A stretch of DNA of 64,000 nt from Octopus sinensis (lineage: Eukaryota): assembly GCF_006345805.1 (NCBI RefSeq), contig NC_043005.1, positions 100,688,001 through 100,752,000 of the forward strand. The letters are read 5' to 3'. The first letter of the stretch is position 1; every line of letters starts with the position of its first letter. Under the pieces are notes generated by a model. That model did no database searches, had not been told where the DNA came from, and was given only the letters and a program-made list of their open reading frames with translations. Position numbers and translations under genes: made by a program. Below are positions 50,123 through 63,199 of the stretch, piece after piece.

Positions 50123-50304
50123 TATAACTTAGGGCATCTAAGAGACACCACCACGCTAGAAATAGCAGCCAAAACTTGACTCTAAAACCACATTAAATGT
50201 CTGTCTTCTCTCCTGGTGCTGTATGAACATTTAATGTGGTTTTAGAGTCAAGGTTTGGCTGCTATTTCCAGCGTGGTGGTGTCTCTTAGATGCTCTAAAT
50301 TATA
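50123..50304. repeat. Inverted repeat, 78-bp arms (4 mismatches), 26-nt loop; third partial direct copy at 50671-50731
   Basis: Direct alignment of 50123-50200 with the reverse complement of 50227-50304. Confidence 0.93.
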
Positions 50305-51123
50305 CCATCTATATCTATATATATCTATCTATCTATAAATATATATATAAATTAAATTAGAGATAAAACCACTATTAGGCAACTCAACCAGTTATAGACA
50401 TAAACCAAAACATAAAAAACAAAACAATAAATATAATTAATATAATATACAATATATATATAAAATATAAAATTTAAATTATTAAAATTTAAAATTTTTA
50501 AATTTATATTTATAAATTTTTATATTTTTACATTCTTAAATTTTTTAATTCTTAAATTTTTTAATTCTTAAATTTTTTAATTCTTAAATTTTTAAACTTT
50601 TAAATTCTTTTTTTTTAACTAACCAAAACATATAAAAAAGTTAAATATAATATGATAAGTAATAAGTATAATTAAAATTATAACTTAGGGCATCTAAGAG
50701 ACACCACCACGCTGGAAATAGCAGCCAAAACTATATATTCCATCTTTGAACTTCTCTGCATTAAGACCTGAAATGTAAGATCTTCCTCTACTCTGATGAA
50801 GGAAGCACATCTCATCCTATGTTAAATGCATCCATACGGCCATAATTAGTGATTGACTAAATCTACTAGCATTATTACAGATCACTGAGCCCCAAGAAAC
50901 AGATGTTGGAAATTTTTCTGTCAGTTGTACTCTGTTTAAGTTGGACCTATTTACATAAATATGAATATATATATATCTATACATATAAATTGATCATTCA
51001 TCATCTGAAAGCTTCCACATTTTGATTTCTCTTGTTTTGCATATATACATACATATTTTTATTCAATGTACTTAATAAATTTAATATATATGATGTGTCT
51101 AATTTGCTTACCCTAGTAATCAC

Positions 51124-51193
<70 letters not shown>

Positions 51194-51235
51194 TATGTGT
51201 ATATATATATATGTGTGTGTGTGTGTATATATGTG

Positions 51236-51288
<53 letters not shown>

Positions 51289-51314
51289 ATGTATATATAC
51301 ATATACATACATAC

Positions 51315-51535
51315 ATACCTATTTCTTTATTACCCACAAGGGGCTAAACACCGAGGGGACAAACAAGGACAGACATAGGTATTAAGTTGATTACATCGAC
51401 CCCAGTGCATAACTGGTACTTAATTTATCGACCCCGAAAGGATGAAAGACAAAGTCGACCTCGGCAGAATTTGAACTCACAACATAACGCAGACGAAATA
51501 CCGCTAAGCATGTCGCCCGGCGTGCTAACGATTCT
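51315..51535 (-). mobile_element. SINE family A
   Basis: ATTTCTTTATTACCCACAAGGGGC...CAAAGTCGACCTCGGCAGAATTTGAACTC. Confidence 0.82.
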
Positions 51536-51759
51536 GTTTACCTACCAGCATGCACACATGCACACACACGCATATGCACACACACACACACACACAAATT
51601 TTTTCCAAATGAGAGTAGCAGTACGTCAAACTCTTTCATTCATCAAATGCTAACTATTAAAGAAAGGTTAATGAAGGTGTAGTAACACCATCTGGTGATG
51701 CTCCAGCATGATCACAGCTCTTGAGCTGAAATTATTTAAAGAGTAAAAGAACACATAAA

Positions 51760-53075
51760 GGGAGAGCCCCTGGAAGAGATCTAATGGTTGGATACTTGTA
51801 TAAGATGCTGACCTTCTACAGAAAACCAGTGATGTGTGTATTCAGAAGAACTATGGAAAGGAGAGCAAGGACGACTCTTGTAGCCAAGAAAGAAACCATT
51901 GAGTCAGCAGAAACCTTTAGGTTCATTGCTTTGCCTAAGCTAAATGTAAATACATTATAAAAGCTACCTCAACTAATTCCTCAAGGATCATCATGAGTGG
52001 GAAGAAGGGAGCATGGGGTAGCACTGTCTGAAGGTGTAAGGAAACTCGGCAGCTGCCCGAGGGTGGAGTCAGGGCTCATATGCCTTGGGGCCCAGTTCTG
52101 ATTCATGTATTTTGTGGCTTGCTGTCAATAAGTAATTACTGTAGGACCCACTGGATTGATTTGCTGAAGGGTCTATCCTGTTGCTAAGATTCCTCTGGTT
52201 GGAGATATACCAAAGAACTTTTGATAGACAAAGGGGTATTGACCAAAGTAAAAAACACTACAGAAACCTTGCAACAGCATGGCTTGATTACAGGAAAGTA
52301 TTTGACTCTATTCCCCACTCGTGGTCACTGAGGTCTTTGCACTTGGCAAAAGTACCTGCCACCTTAGATGCTGCCACTGAGAGGCTTACAAACACCTGCT
52401 CAACAATCCTCAGAATTACAACTGAGAGTATAAAAAACATATCCAATGTGATAAATATTTGAAAGGAAATATCCAGAGAAGCTAACTTTCCTGCATTTCT
52501 GTTTATTTAGGTATTAAATCTGTTATTATTTCTTTTACAAAATTCCAGTGGCTACATGCTGGAAGCTGCAACTGCTAAAGATATCAATGTAACCTGTAAT
52601 TTCTTTGTAGATGACCTGAAGTGCTATGCTAAGATGTTTACAATGCCAAAAACCAGTTGGAGTTAATAACATTTTCTGCTGACACATGAAAGGAATTTGG
52701 CCAAAGGAAGTGTTTGTATTTCATTGTTGAACAAATAAAATCAGTCTCCCAAGCCTAGAACCTGTGCATCAAAAGTCGTTTTGTATCAACTGTTTAACAC
52801 AAAAAAATGCTACAAATACCAAGGCATTAATGAAAATTTATCATATGCCGTTGCTGTGAAAATGATCAGACTTAGAAAATTATGACTATTGGAGCTCTCC
52901 TCCTACAACAAGACAATATCCCACGGTGTCTTTGCAGTACCAGTGTTGAAAGCAACATTTGGGATATTTCACTGATCTGAAGAAGAGGTCCAATCCATAG
53001 ATATTAAAACCAACCAGCTTCTAGCATCAACTGGATACTTCCACAGAAAGAGTAATATCAATAGGAGAGACAAAT
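51760..53075 (+). mobile_element. R4/Dong-type LINE reverse transcriptase fragment (decayed), with a ~180-bp insertion at ~52027-52207
   Basis: RAPGRDLMVGY, RTTLVAKKET..ETFRFIAL, GKKGAWGST, NLATAWLDYRKVFDSIPHSW, NFFVDDLKCYAK, ELSSYNKTISHGVFAVPVL. Confidence 0.8.
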
Positions 53076-53178
53076 GACATAGAAGACTCAGATCAATGCT
53101 GACAGTCTTCAAATGTTGCATTAACATCATAATAAATATTATTAACATTTAAAAAATGCTTTATTTATCCTAACATAT

Positions 53179-53613
53179 GAGTGTGATCATTGACAGAGCA
53201 GCTAACTGGCTTCCGTGCCAGTGGCACATAAAAGGCACCATTTGAGTGTGGTCATACCAGCATCGCCTTACTGGCACTTGTGCCCCGTGCTAGTAGGGTG
53301 CTAAGAGCACCATCCGAGCATGATCGTTGCCAGAGCGGTTGCCTGGTCTCCGTGCCGGTGGCACGTAAATGACACCATTCGAGCGTGATTGTTACCAGCA
53401 TCACCTTACTGGCACCTGTGCCGGTGGCACGTAAAAGCACCCACTACACTTTCAGAGTGGTTGGCATTAGGAAGGGCATCCAGTTGTAGAAACTCTGCAA
53501 AATCAAGATTGAATCCTGGTGCAGCTATCTAGTTCGCCAGCCCTCAGTCAAATCATCCAACCCATGCTAGCATGGAAAGCAGACGTTAAACGATGATGAC
53601 GATGATGATGATG
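53179..53613 (+). mobile_element. RTE-type 3' UTR/tail
   Basis: GTGCCGGTGGCACGTAAA repeats and ...GCATGGAAAGCAGACGTTAAACGATGATG. Confidence 0.85.
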
Positions 53614-54398
53614 AATAAATCCTAGGCCAGAACTGTCCAAAAATTAAATAACACAAAATTCTTTATACTAATTCTGAGTTCACTATGTAACATGCGTGTT
53701 AAACAATTCTTCATGAAATTCTTATTTCCTACTCCTTCAATTGAATTTTCCTTAGAAGCTCAATAAATGTCAATATTGCCAAGACTGTTATTCAGTTTAG
53801 CCTTCAATCTTTTCTTGTCCAGATCAATTGATCATATATGACCATCCATCAAGTCAATACCAATCCAAGGTTTATATAGATTAAGCTACTAGAATATTCA
53901 GAGTTATCTTCATTATGCTACACAATTATTTCTGCCCATGAAGTCTACCTCACCCTATATCAGACCTGATCCAGCAGACCAAGAAGCAAAGGCTCACCAG
54001 CACTGACCATCTTGTTTTTTTTTATTCAGACACAGTGAATATAGGACTACATTATCTACTGTGGCTATTCTTTGATGGGAGAGTGAGATTTGAGGGAGAT
54101 GTGACTGTTATTTCAAGGAGATTAAGTAGCAACTTAGAGAACACCTCATTACCCTGAATCAGATTGGATTTAGTAGACATGATCAAAATAAATTCCAAAC
54201 ATGACAGTCCTGTCCACTTTTGTATTTTAGGCACAGTGTGTCTAGGGTCACATCATCCAATGTATCCAGCCTTTAAGATGTTCGAGTTGTGATTTTAGTG
54301 CAAGTTGGCTGCTATTTCTAGCAAACAGAGCAAGCAAATGATCATCCTCATCAGCTTGATTACAACATCACTGTTTGTAGAAATCTAATGCTAGGGTG

Positions 54399-54750
54399 GC
54401 CAGTGAGATATCGCAATGATAGCTATATTAGTCAATGAGGGATTCCAATGACAGCCACTTCAACCAGTCAGAGATCCCAAAGACAATAACCTTAGCCAGT
54501 GAGATATCCCAAAGACAGCTACTTTAACCAGTGAGATATCCTGATGTTAGCCATAATAGTCAGTGAGATATTCCAGTGTCAGCTACTTTAGCCAGTGAGA
54601 TATTGAAGGGACAGCTAATTTAGCCAGTGAGCCATCCCAGTGAAAGCTATATCAATCAGTGAGATATCCCCAAAACAGCTATACAAGCCAGTGAGATATC
54701 CCAAAAAGCAGCTATATTAGTTAATGAGATATCACAAACAGCTAAATTAA
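54399..54750. repeat. Minisatellite, 11 diverged copies of a 32-bp unit
   Basis: Consensus about GCCAGTGAGATATCCCAAAGACAGCTACTTTA. Units read out directly. Confidence 0.9.
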
Positions 54751-55198
54751 TGTTGCAGCACGAAGTTATACCACCTTATATCAATAGTTTTATAGCCATT
54801 CAAGGTAATAACACTTACGCCATAAAACAGTAAGATAAGTATTTAGCATAAGTTAGGAAAGAGATGTTAACAGCAAGAGTTTATTGAAAGAAATATCAGT
54901 TAAAACACAGAGATACAACAATTGATATCACATATTTACTACAGAAATAAATTAACAGTAGCAGCAGTGACAGCGGAAACTATTCATTGCTTCCATAGTT
55001 TTATCCAAAGTTCTGTTAGAAACACTTTGGTCGTATCAAGCTTTCTTCTTTCTAATTTATGTTTCTTCATAAAAATTGGAAGTTAAGCATTTAGCTAGCA
55101 ATAATTCTTAATCTGCTGCAGAATTAGACCAGTTTAGGTTATTTAGCTTGTTGCTTTGTATTTTTGTATTCTATCAATCATTCTATGTATGTACATAC

Positions 55199-55247
<49 letters not shown>

Positions 55248-56174
55248 CATCCATCTGTCTGTCTTTCTATCAGTCTTTCTATCAGTCTATCCATTTATCT
55301 ACTTCTTTGTTCTCCAATTCAACAGCTTAAAACACTGTAAACAATGTCTTCGATGCCATTACCAAGATTACATCTACCAGAATTGATCAAGCATGGATTA
55401 TTTCCGCAGCATTTCAACAAATTACATGTGAATCTCAGCTTACAGTGAACATGTAAGTAGCTTGTGGATCTATCACTTTAGTTTCCACTACACAACACAC
55501 ACACCTATTCTTCTACATAAATACACACACACACACAACACACACACACACACACACACACACATATTTACAAACAGGTATACGTATAAAACCTAATATG
55601 CATGTATAATATATACATTAATACAAAGATGTACATACATACGCACTAGTTTACGCATAAGTGTACATTAATATGTATCGATACACACACACACACACAC
55701 ACGCACACACACACATGCACACACACACACACCACATAATCCTCAAGATTGAATCTAACTGTTGTATAGTGAAGATTTGTAAAACATTCAAAACTTCCTT
55801 TAATTTTACCACAGCAGAATATAAACATTCAATGATTAAATACATTCAAACTCTCTTTCTCACACACACACACACACACACAAACACACACGCTTACATA
55901 CACACACAATCAACCCTTGAAAGGGACATCAAGTCACCCCTTCACTAACAGATTGAAGACAGCACAAACAAGTTAGTGGTGAACCCTAGAGTAGCTAGGT
56001 GGGGGTGGTAGGGGCGGCACTTTTAAAGCGGCACCACTTTTGGGTCTGCTGTAGGCAATATGTGTTTTTTTGTGGGGTCTGGGGTGGCAAACGGAAGGGC
56101 CGTCTCTGGTGGCACACAATCTAGCTATGCTGGTGGTGGTGATATCTCTGTAAACTGGAAATATAACAGAAGGG

Positions 56175-56325
56175 ATCATCATCATCATCATCGTTTAACG
56201 TCCGCTTTCCATGCTAGCATTGGTTGCACGATTTTGACTGAGGGCTGGTGAACCAGATGGCTGCACCAGGCTCCAATCTTGATTTGGCAGAGTTTCTACA
56301 GCTGGATGTCCTTCATAATGCCAAG
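56175..56325 (-). mobile_element. RTE-type tail fragment
   Basis: (CAT)n-CGTTTAACGTCCGCTTTCCATGCTAGCAT. Confidence 0.8.
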
Positions 56326-56503
56326 GGATGTCTGAGGGAAAAACCTTGTGCACATTCAATAGCAGAATGGGAATGTTACTCAAAGAAATATCACAGTGCT
56401 TGGGCAAGCCAATATCTGCAGCACTGAAACCTTGACTACCTAACACCCATTTCAAAGTTTGGGCCAAGATATGTGAATGACAGTGGAGGAGCAATGGCCC
56501 AGT

Positions 56504-56740
56504 GGTTAGGGCAGTGGACTCGCGGTTAGAGGATCATGGTTTTGATTCCCAGACCGGGCATTGTGTGTGTTTATTGAGTGAAAATACCTAAAGCCCCATG
56601 AGGTAGTGTCGACCCTTGTACTCTTTCACCCCAACTTTCTCTCACTCTTTCTTCCTGTACTTGAGTAATGCAGCTGGGGTGGGGGGAATACATACACCAC
56701 AGAAACCAGGCCCATGAGCCAGGCTAGGCTTGAAAAATGC
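56504..56740 (+). mobile_element. tRNA-type SINE (family B-related)
   Basis: TGGAGGAGCAATGGCCCAGTGGTTAGGGCAGTGGACTC...GGTTTTGATTCCCAGACC. Homologous to 58900-59200. Confidence 0.75.
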
Positions 56741-56974
56741 ACGGAAAGAAATGTGAATGACATAGGGCTGGTTGTTGAAAAAAATTGCTTCTTGCACCGA
56801 GCTGAATAACTGAAAGTACATGTAAGACAGAGATGTTTTTATGGATATGAAATGTTAGTAAAGAATGCCAGGTAGTATGATTTACTTAGGGGCATGCCTT
56901 ATGATAAGGAAGATTATGGTGTGGTAAAACCAAACACTGATGCATACCAGAACTGATAGGAGTCTCAAAAATAT

Positions 56975-57198
56975 ATTTCTTTATTGCCCACAAGGGGCTA
57001 AACATAGCGTGGACAAACAAGGACAAACAAAGGGATTAAGTCTATTACATCGACTCCAGTGCATAACTGGTACTTTATTTATCGACCCCGAAAGGATGAA
57101 AGGCAGAGTCGACCTCGGTGGAATTTGAACTAACAACGTAATGACAGATGAAATACAGCAACGCATTTTGCCTGGCATGCTAACGATTCTGCCAGCTC
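56975..57198 (-). mobile_element. SINE family A
   Basis: Same core as 51315-51535. Confidence 0.82.
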
Positions 57199-57787
57199 AA
57201 AATTACCCCTCCTTGAAACAAGATATTAGTAGAGCCCATAGCCAGGTCGTTTTTCTTGGGGAAAGGTCAAAGTTAAAGGCTTTACCAATGTCAAGACAAT
57301 ACAACAGTCAATTGAAGTGTAATGTAGATGAGAAAATTTCCAGTAAATTTGGCTCTAAAGGGAACATAGAAATTGAAGAAGGGTGAGTCTATAACAGTCT
57401 CCATTATTTTTGAGATACCGTAATCACTCACCATATCGTGGTTCACCCATTATGCTCTGAGTACATCATAGATTTTTCTGGTTAATATATGTAAATTTAT
57501 ATTGTGGATTCCTCAGTATATTGCAGGTTTCTGCAGCCGATAGGTATTTATATTTTTTTAGACTTTAATTATTTCTGTGGTAAGCTAAGCATTTTCACAC
57601 CTAAAAATTACTAAATTACTAAATGAAAACGTAGTACAGTACTGCACTGTATAATACATTAATTAAAATATATTAAAAGAAAATATGGAGTGTACAATAG
57701 ATGAGTAAACAAAAAATTGCACATGCTGTATGGAAAACGAAACTTGGGAGGTGAATGTGTGGTGTTGCTTTGCAATTATAATAAATA

Positions 57788-58175
57788 CTAGCAGTATCGC
57801 CTGGTTTTTGCTCGGGTTTGTTTCGACGCTTTAGAATTGGAATTTTTGAAAAGTAAAAATGTTGCATTATGTTATTCTCTTTAAGTGAACATTTTTCTGG
57901 TTGAAATACACCGAAAAATGGCGACACAGCAGTAAAAAAATCATAAAAAATAGGGATTTTCATAGAAAAAAAGCACCTTTTTGATGTAAATAATTTTTGG
58001 TGTCAACATGGTTCGATTTGAATTTTTTCTTCTACAGAAAGAAGAGCAAGCCTTCTTCTATCATACTCTCAATTTTGGTCAACTTGCGCTGCAGGGTCTC
58101 AGAGGAGACAGTATTAGTTGAAGGCTACCAAACCTGCCACACACAGACAACTTCAGCTTTATATATATATATAGA
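57788..58175 (-). mobile_element. Non-autonomous Helitron (388 bp)
   Basis: Minus strand A|TCTATATATATATATAAAGCTGAAGTTGTC ... CAAACCCGAGCAAAAACCAGGCGATACTGCTAG|T. The 3' terminus is nearly identical to that of 2783-3123. Confidence 0.85.
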
Positions 58176-58899
58176 TAAATATATACAAATTATAAAAATA
58201 ATCATAAAAAATATACAGTACAGACTGTTTCTAGTTAGCAGATTTTCACCTATCGTAGGGGGTTTTAGAACATAACACTCATGGTAGTTGAGGGATTACT
58301 GTATTAGGAATGAGGCTGGTTGACAAATTGTTAACAGGACTAAAGATATTGCTCTTCTTGAGAATAAGACTTTTTGTCTAATTAAGTAGGTTCTGTAAGA
58401 TAGAAGCTATTATCTAAATACATGTACAGAAATATACACACATATTTATAAATATACACTTGAACAAATGCACATTCATATACAGATACTTATACACACT
58501 ATGTATATAGAGATATGATTAAAGTTCATGCAACTTTCAAGAGAAATATTATCATAGATATTTAAATTTCATTTTATGTGAAGCAAATTAAGTGCATTGT
58601 ATCAATTCCTAGCTTTTTTTGAAATTCATTATTTTACATTTTCCATGATTGCTTAGTCGAGCTGGTCTTCTAGTTTATCCCAATCAGATATTAAGAGTGA
58701 AAACTGTTTTCTGCTAATCAGGTCAACTGAAACAAGTAGTGTTATGTGTTTGGCTCAGGAATTGGACCCAGTGACAACTGTAGATAGGGTTGACATTGTA
58801 ATCATGTAGTACAGAGAAGTCCAGAATTGTTAACCTCATAGCCACTGTATCATTCATATTATCATATAACACAAAATAATATATGTATATATATATCAT

Positions 58900-59199
58900 G
58901 CGATCACGTGACCGACCAGGCTATCAGATGTTGTTACACATTGCTGGTCACAATGCGCTTCACACTGTTTTAGCCATCAAGTTACGCCACCCCGTTGGCT
59001 AAGCGAGCAGGCCTACAGAAGAAAGAGTGAGAGAAAGTTGTGGTGAAAGAGTACAGCAGGGATCACCCCCCCCCCACCGAAGCCTCGTGGAGCTTTAAGT
59101 GTTTTTGTTCAATAAACACTCACAACGCCCGGTCTCGGAATCGAAACTGCGATCCTACGACCGTGAGTCTGCTGCCCTAGCAACTGGGCCATTGTGCCT

Positions 59200-59200
<1 letters not shown>
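58900..59200 (-). mobile_element. tRNA-type SINE (family B-related)
   Basis: Minus-strand head TGGAGGCACAATGGCCCAGTTGCTAGGG...GTTTCGATTCCGAGACC. Confidence 0.78.
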
Positions 59201-59290
<90 letters not shown>

Positions 59291-60756
59291 TGTATACACT
59301 GAAATATATGTATACTGAGTTCTAACATTAGGCTATTAGCATCGCAATGCCTAAGCGAGATATATTGACATACACACACACATATACATACATATATATA
59401 CATACATATTTATGATGATGATGATGATGATGATGATGCAATAAGAAATGTATTTATTCATCTAAAATGATTCAGCAATTAATTTTCACTCCATCTGACA
59501 AATTATCATACCCAAATGAAATACTCTCCATCAATCATTCTTATACTTTCTCAGTCTTCCTATATACCATTAAGTGATATATTAGTGGTGACTAAATGAT
59601 CAATTAGTACAAGAAATTGATTTTGTAAGGAATGTTATTTCAGAGGAAATATTCCAAGATATTCGTCTAAGGAAATCTGACACTTTCTTGACAAAACAGA
59701 GAGTCTAGCCAGCAGAAAATATCTTCAGACAATAAAATACTTGATTGCCAAGTCAGCATTCTTGGTTATTACCTACACCTATCTCACCACTATGAGAAAG
59801 TTTGAAGAGTTCATGGATCCTGACCTTTGTTTGTGAAATGGTTTCCTGTAGCAGAATTTATTCACTTTATTGCAAAAATACAGACTAGATCCTTGGTTCC
59901 TTCTCTGCCAACATCAACCTGTATATATTCAAGACAGACATCAGCTACTACATATTCTTAAGTGAAGGAGAGTCTGCATAGCTTATGGCCACTTCGCTTT
60001 CTTCTCACACTAATTTATAAAAGAATCCTAGAATCCTTTGTCTAAGCTGACTGTTTGAACTGACATTTCTTGGAGTATAAATACTAGAAATTTATCAAAA
60101 ATACATTTCAGTTGTTATAAAAATCCCTTTACCTAAAACTACCAACATTCTTTTCTACTCTAGGCACAAGGCCTGAAATTTGGGGGGAAGAGGGCAGTCG
60201 ATTAGATTGACCCCAGTACACAACTGGTACTTAATTTATCAACCCTGAAAAGATGAAAAGCAAAGCCAACCTTATTAATATTAATAATATGAATGTTAGT
60301 ATAGATGTGAATCTTCATAATTACTGCTTATTAATAACATTTCTAAATTTTGGCCCAAGATTAGTAATTTCAAGGAAGCAGGTATGTTAATTGCATCGAT
60401 TCCGGTACTCAATTGTTAGTGGCATTTCATCTGTATTTACAATCTGAGTTCAAATTCCACCAAAGTTAACTTTGCCTTTCATCCTTTCAGGGTCGATAAA
60501 ATAAGTACCATTTGAACAATAGGTTTAATGGAATTGACTTAACCCCTTCCTGAAATTGCTGGCCATAAACCAAAATGAAAAAGAATTATCTATCATTCCT
60601 TAGTTTTTTAGATCATGTTTTCAAAAGAATTATTATTCAAATTAACTGATTTGTAGAAACAACAACCAGTCTGAACTTCATTTAACCCGTTGCAACACCT
60701 GGCTTTCTGAAATTTTTTTAGAACACATTTGTCTTAACAGAAATTTATACTGTACC

Positions 60757-61073
60757 TACCTGTGCCGGTGGCACGTAAAAAGCACCACCTAAATGTGGCC
60801 AATGCCAGAGCTGCCTTGACTGGCTTCAATGCTGGTGGCACGTAAAAAGCATCAACTGATCATGGTTGATGCTAGCCTCCCCTGGCACCTGTGCCGGTGG
60901 CACGTAAAGAGCACCCACTACACTCATGGAGTGGTTGGCATTAAAAAGGGCATCCAGCTGTAGAAACACTGCCAGATCAGAGTGGAGCCTGGTGCAGCCT
61001 CCTGGCTTCTCAGACCCCAGTCAAACCGTCCAACCCATGCTAGCATGGAAAACGGACATTAAACGATGATGAT
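60757..61073 (+). mobile_element. RTE-type 3' UTR/tail
   Basis: GTGCCGGTGGCACGTAAA repeats and ...GCATGGAAAACGGACATTAAACGATGATG. Confidence 0.83.
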
Positions 61074-61080
61074 TCCTTAA

Positions 61081-61300
61081 CCCTTTTGTTACTGTATTTA
61101 TTTCGAGATGCTCAGTGTTTCTTTCAATTACTTTAAATATAAGAAAGAATTTAGTAAAATAACTTAGTTATCATTAAGCTAGTGTTAGGAACATAAATTG
61201 TAACTAAGGTTTGGTGGAAGATTTTAATTCAAAATTTATGAAAACAAGACATTTGTACTGAGAGCCAGAGCCGGCTTCAGCCAAGTTGGTATCAAAAGGG
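61081..61300. mobile_element. piggyBac-like MITE (220 bp)
   Basis: TTAA|CCCTTTTGTTAC ... GGTATCAAAAGGG|TTTA. Opposite orientation to 63519-63739. Confidence 0.82.
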
Positions 61301-63199
61301 TTTATCATTGTTCATCATAAATATTATGGTTCAAATTCAAGCAGTACATTCCTTATTTCGGTTGAGACAAAACTTGTGATTGTTAAACAGCAATGGAACT
61401 GACTTAGCAATCAGCTATTTCTTAATATATTGTATGTGTTTTTTAACTATGGTAGCAGCATAAAAGAAAATTGCAGATTGACAAATTCCAACTGTTCTGA
61501 CTAACTTAAGTCATTTAACTATAGAGCAAATCCTTTGCATGCTGCCTTCTACACCTGAGGTGGTTTTTGTGCAGGTGACTGGCATTCCAAATCTATAACA
61601 GATATATGTCATATCATTAAGCGTTCATTAAGCTTTTACAATATATGTCAGATCACATTTTTTTATGGAAGTTATGAAGCTGTAAGAATTTTGTTGGAAG
61701 ACTTTTACAAGCTACTTTTGGAACAAAGTACTATATGTATGTGTACACACACACACACACACACATGCACTCACACACACATGAACAATGCTTTCTCATG
61801 ATATAAGCACCACAGTTAGTTACATACTCTGCATACAATTTACCATGTTTTGTGTTTTTCTTTTTGATTATTTTCTTTTTTTTTTTTTAGTTTTTCCGAT
61901 ACCAAAATTCTACTGTCTGGTCAAAATTGCACATTCGGCACTAATTTGTTGAGCACCATCTCATGCAATTGCTCAGTTTATAATAAATACTAACCAAATC
62001 CCTCTCAATTAACACCTTACCATTTTAAAAAAAGAAACACATTAAACAATGCTGCCCTGGATACATAAAATGAAGTGAAAGTCATGGATGGAAAGTCCTT
62101 GCCTGTAAGTTTGACCTTGATCTAAATAAACAACAACTAGCCAGTCCATATTGATGTTCTGCATAGAAGACTGAGCTTTGAGCAGTGGTTTCCTTGATAT
62201 AACATGGAATAAATATGTTTGCTTTATAAATCAAAGTAAACATGTTTATATCTCTGGCATCGTGGAAGATGAAAAGAGAATTAGAATAGCATTTGTTGGA
62301 GCAGAGTAAGTCAGCTTTGATTTATCTGAAAACTGCAAGATAATGAAGGTCTGTTGATAACTCTACCTCCACCCCAACTTCTTATATTGCTTAGAGGAAG
62401 AATGTATGTGAAAAAGATGGTGAGATATAATATATTCCTCAGGCTATACCATTTTCTTCATAGATGTCTGGCTAGGACTTTTAGACATGCAAAACATCAA
62501 ATTACTCCTGTTTCAACTAGTTTTATTTGTAAATTCTTCAACAAATAAATGTCAAATAGCAAATATTGATCGAACGCTGAAAATTTCTTGCTTGTTAAAT
62601 AAATATACAAACTGATTAATACTTTTGTTTGTTTGGGTTTTTTGTGTGTTTATTAGGCAGAAATTTTACCAAAGGCTAAACTGTGACCTAGAAAATTTGC
62701 GGCCAAGAATACTGGAGATTGCTCACTGATTTACGTGCAGGAGTAGAGGTGAAAAGTCACATGTTTCAAATCTTGCCTTTGGCAGTAGGTTGTCTTCTTA
62801 GACAAGTCACTTTATTTATTCTTCATAGTTAAGATATTAACACAAATATGAAATTACAGAGTTATTTTCTACAATTTTTGCAAATATTCCAGTTTATAGA
62901 CCATCATATCCAGGCTAGCATTGAATGCAAAAATTAAAAAACAAACTAACGACAAAAACCAATTAAGATGTATTTATTTTGTCTGGTGGAAAGCAATATA
63001 GCTTCTGATGTTAATAACTGTTAGATCTGAAATCTAGATTATTGGGGGAAGTATGCTTCTGTAATAAAATATGAAGTCAGGGTTAACATTGACAAAAAGA
63101 AAAAATGAATTTGTATTCCAATTCCACGTATATAAACTTCAAAAACATTATTCAGTGGGGTCACATCAATCTTATCTCCTCATTTCATAGCTTGAAGAA

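Noticed and set aside
50788-50830. CTGATGA-AGG...CCT as a hammerhead
   Set aside because: No GAAA follows stem II and there is no convincing stem I.
55325-55460. Plus-strand acceptor/donor pair (TTCAACAG| ... |GTAAGT)
   Set aside because: There are stops in all frames and no independent support. At most it is a non-coding exon.
57427-57475. Minus-strand GTGAGT donor as the missing upstream AGBL4 exon
   Set aside because: The preceding sequence has stops or encodes nothing like ..NPDGV.LGNYR.
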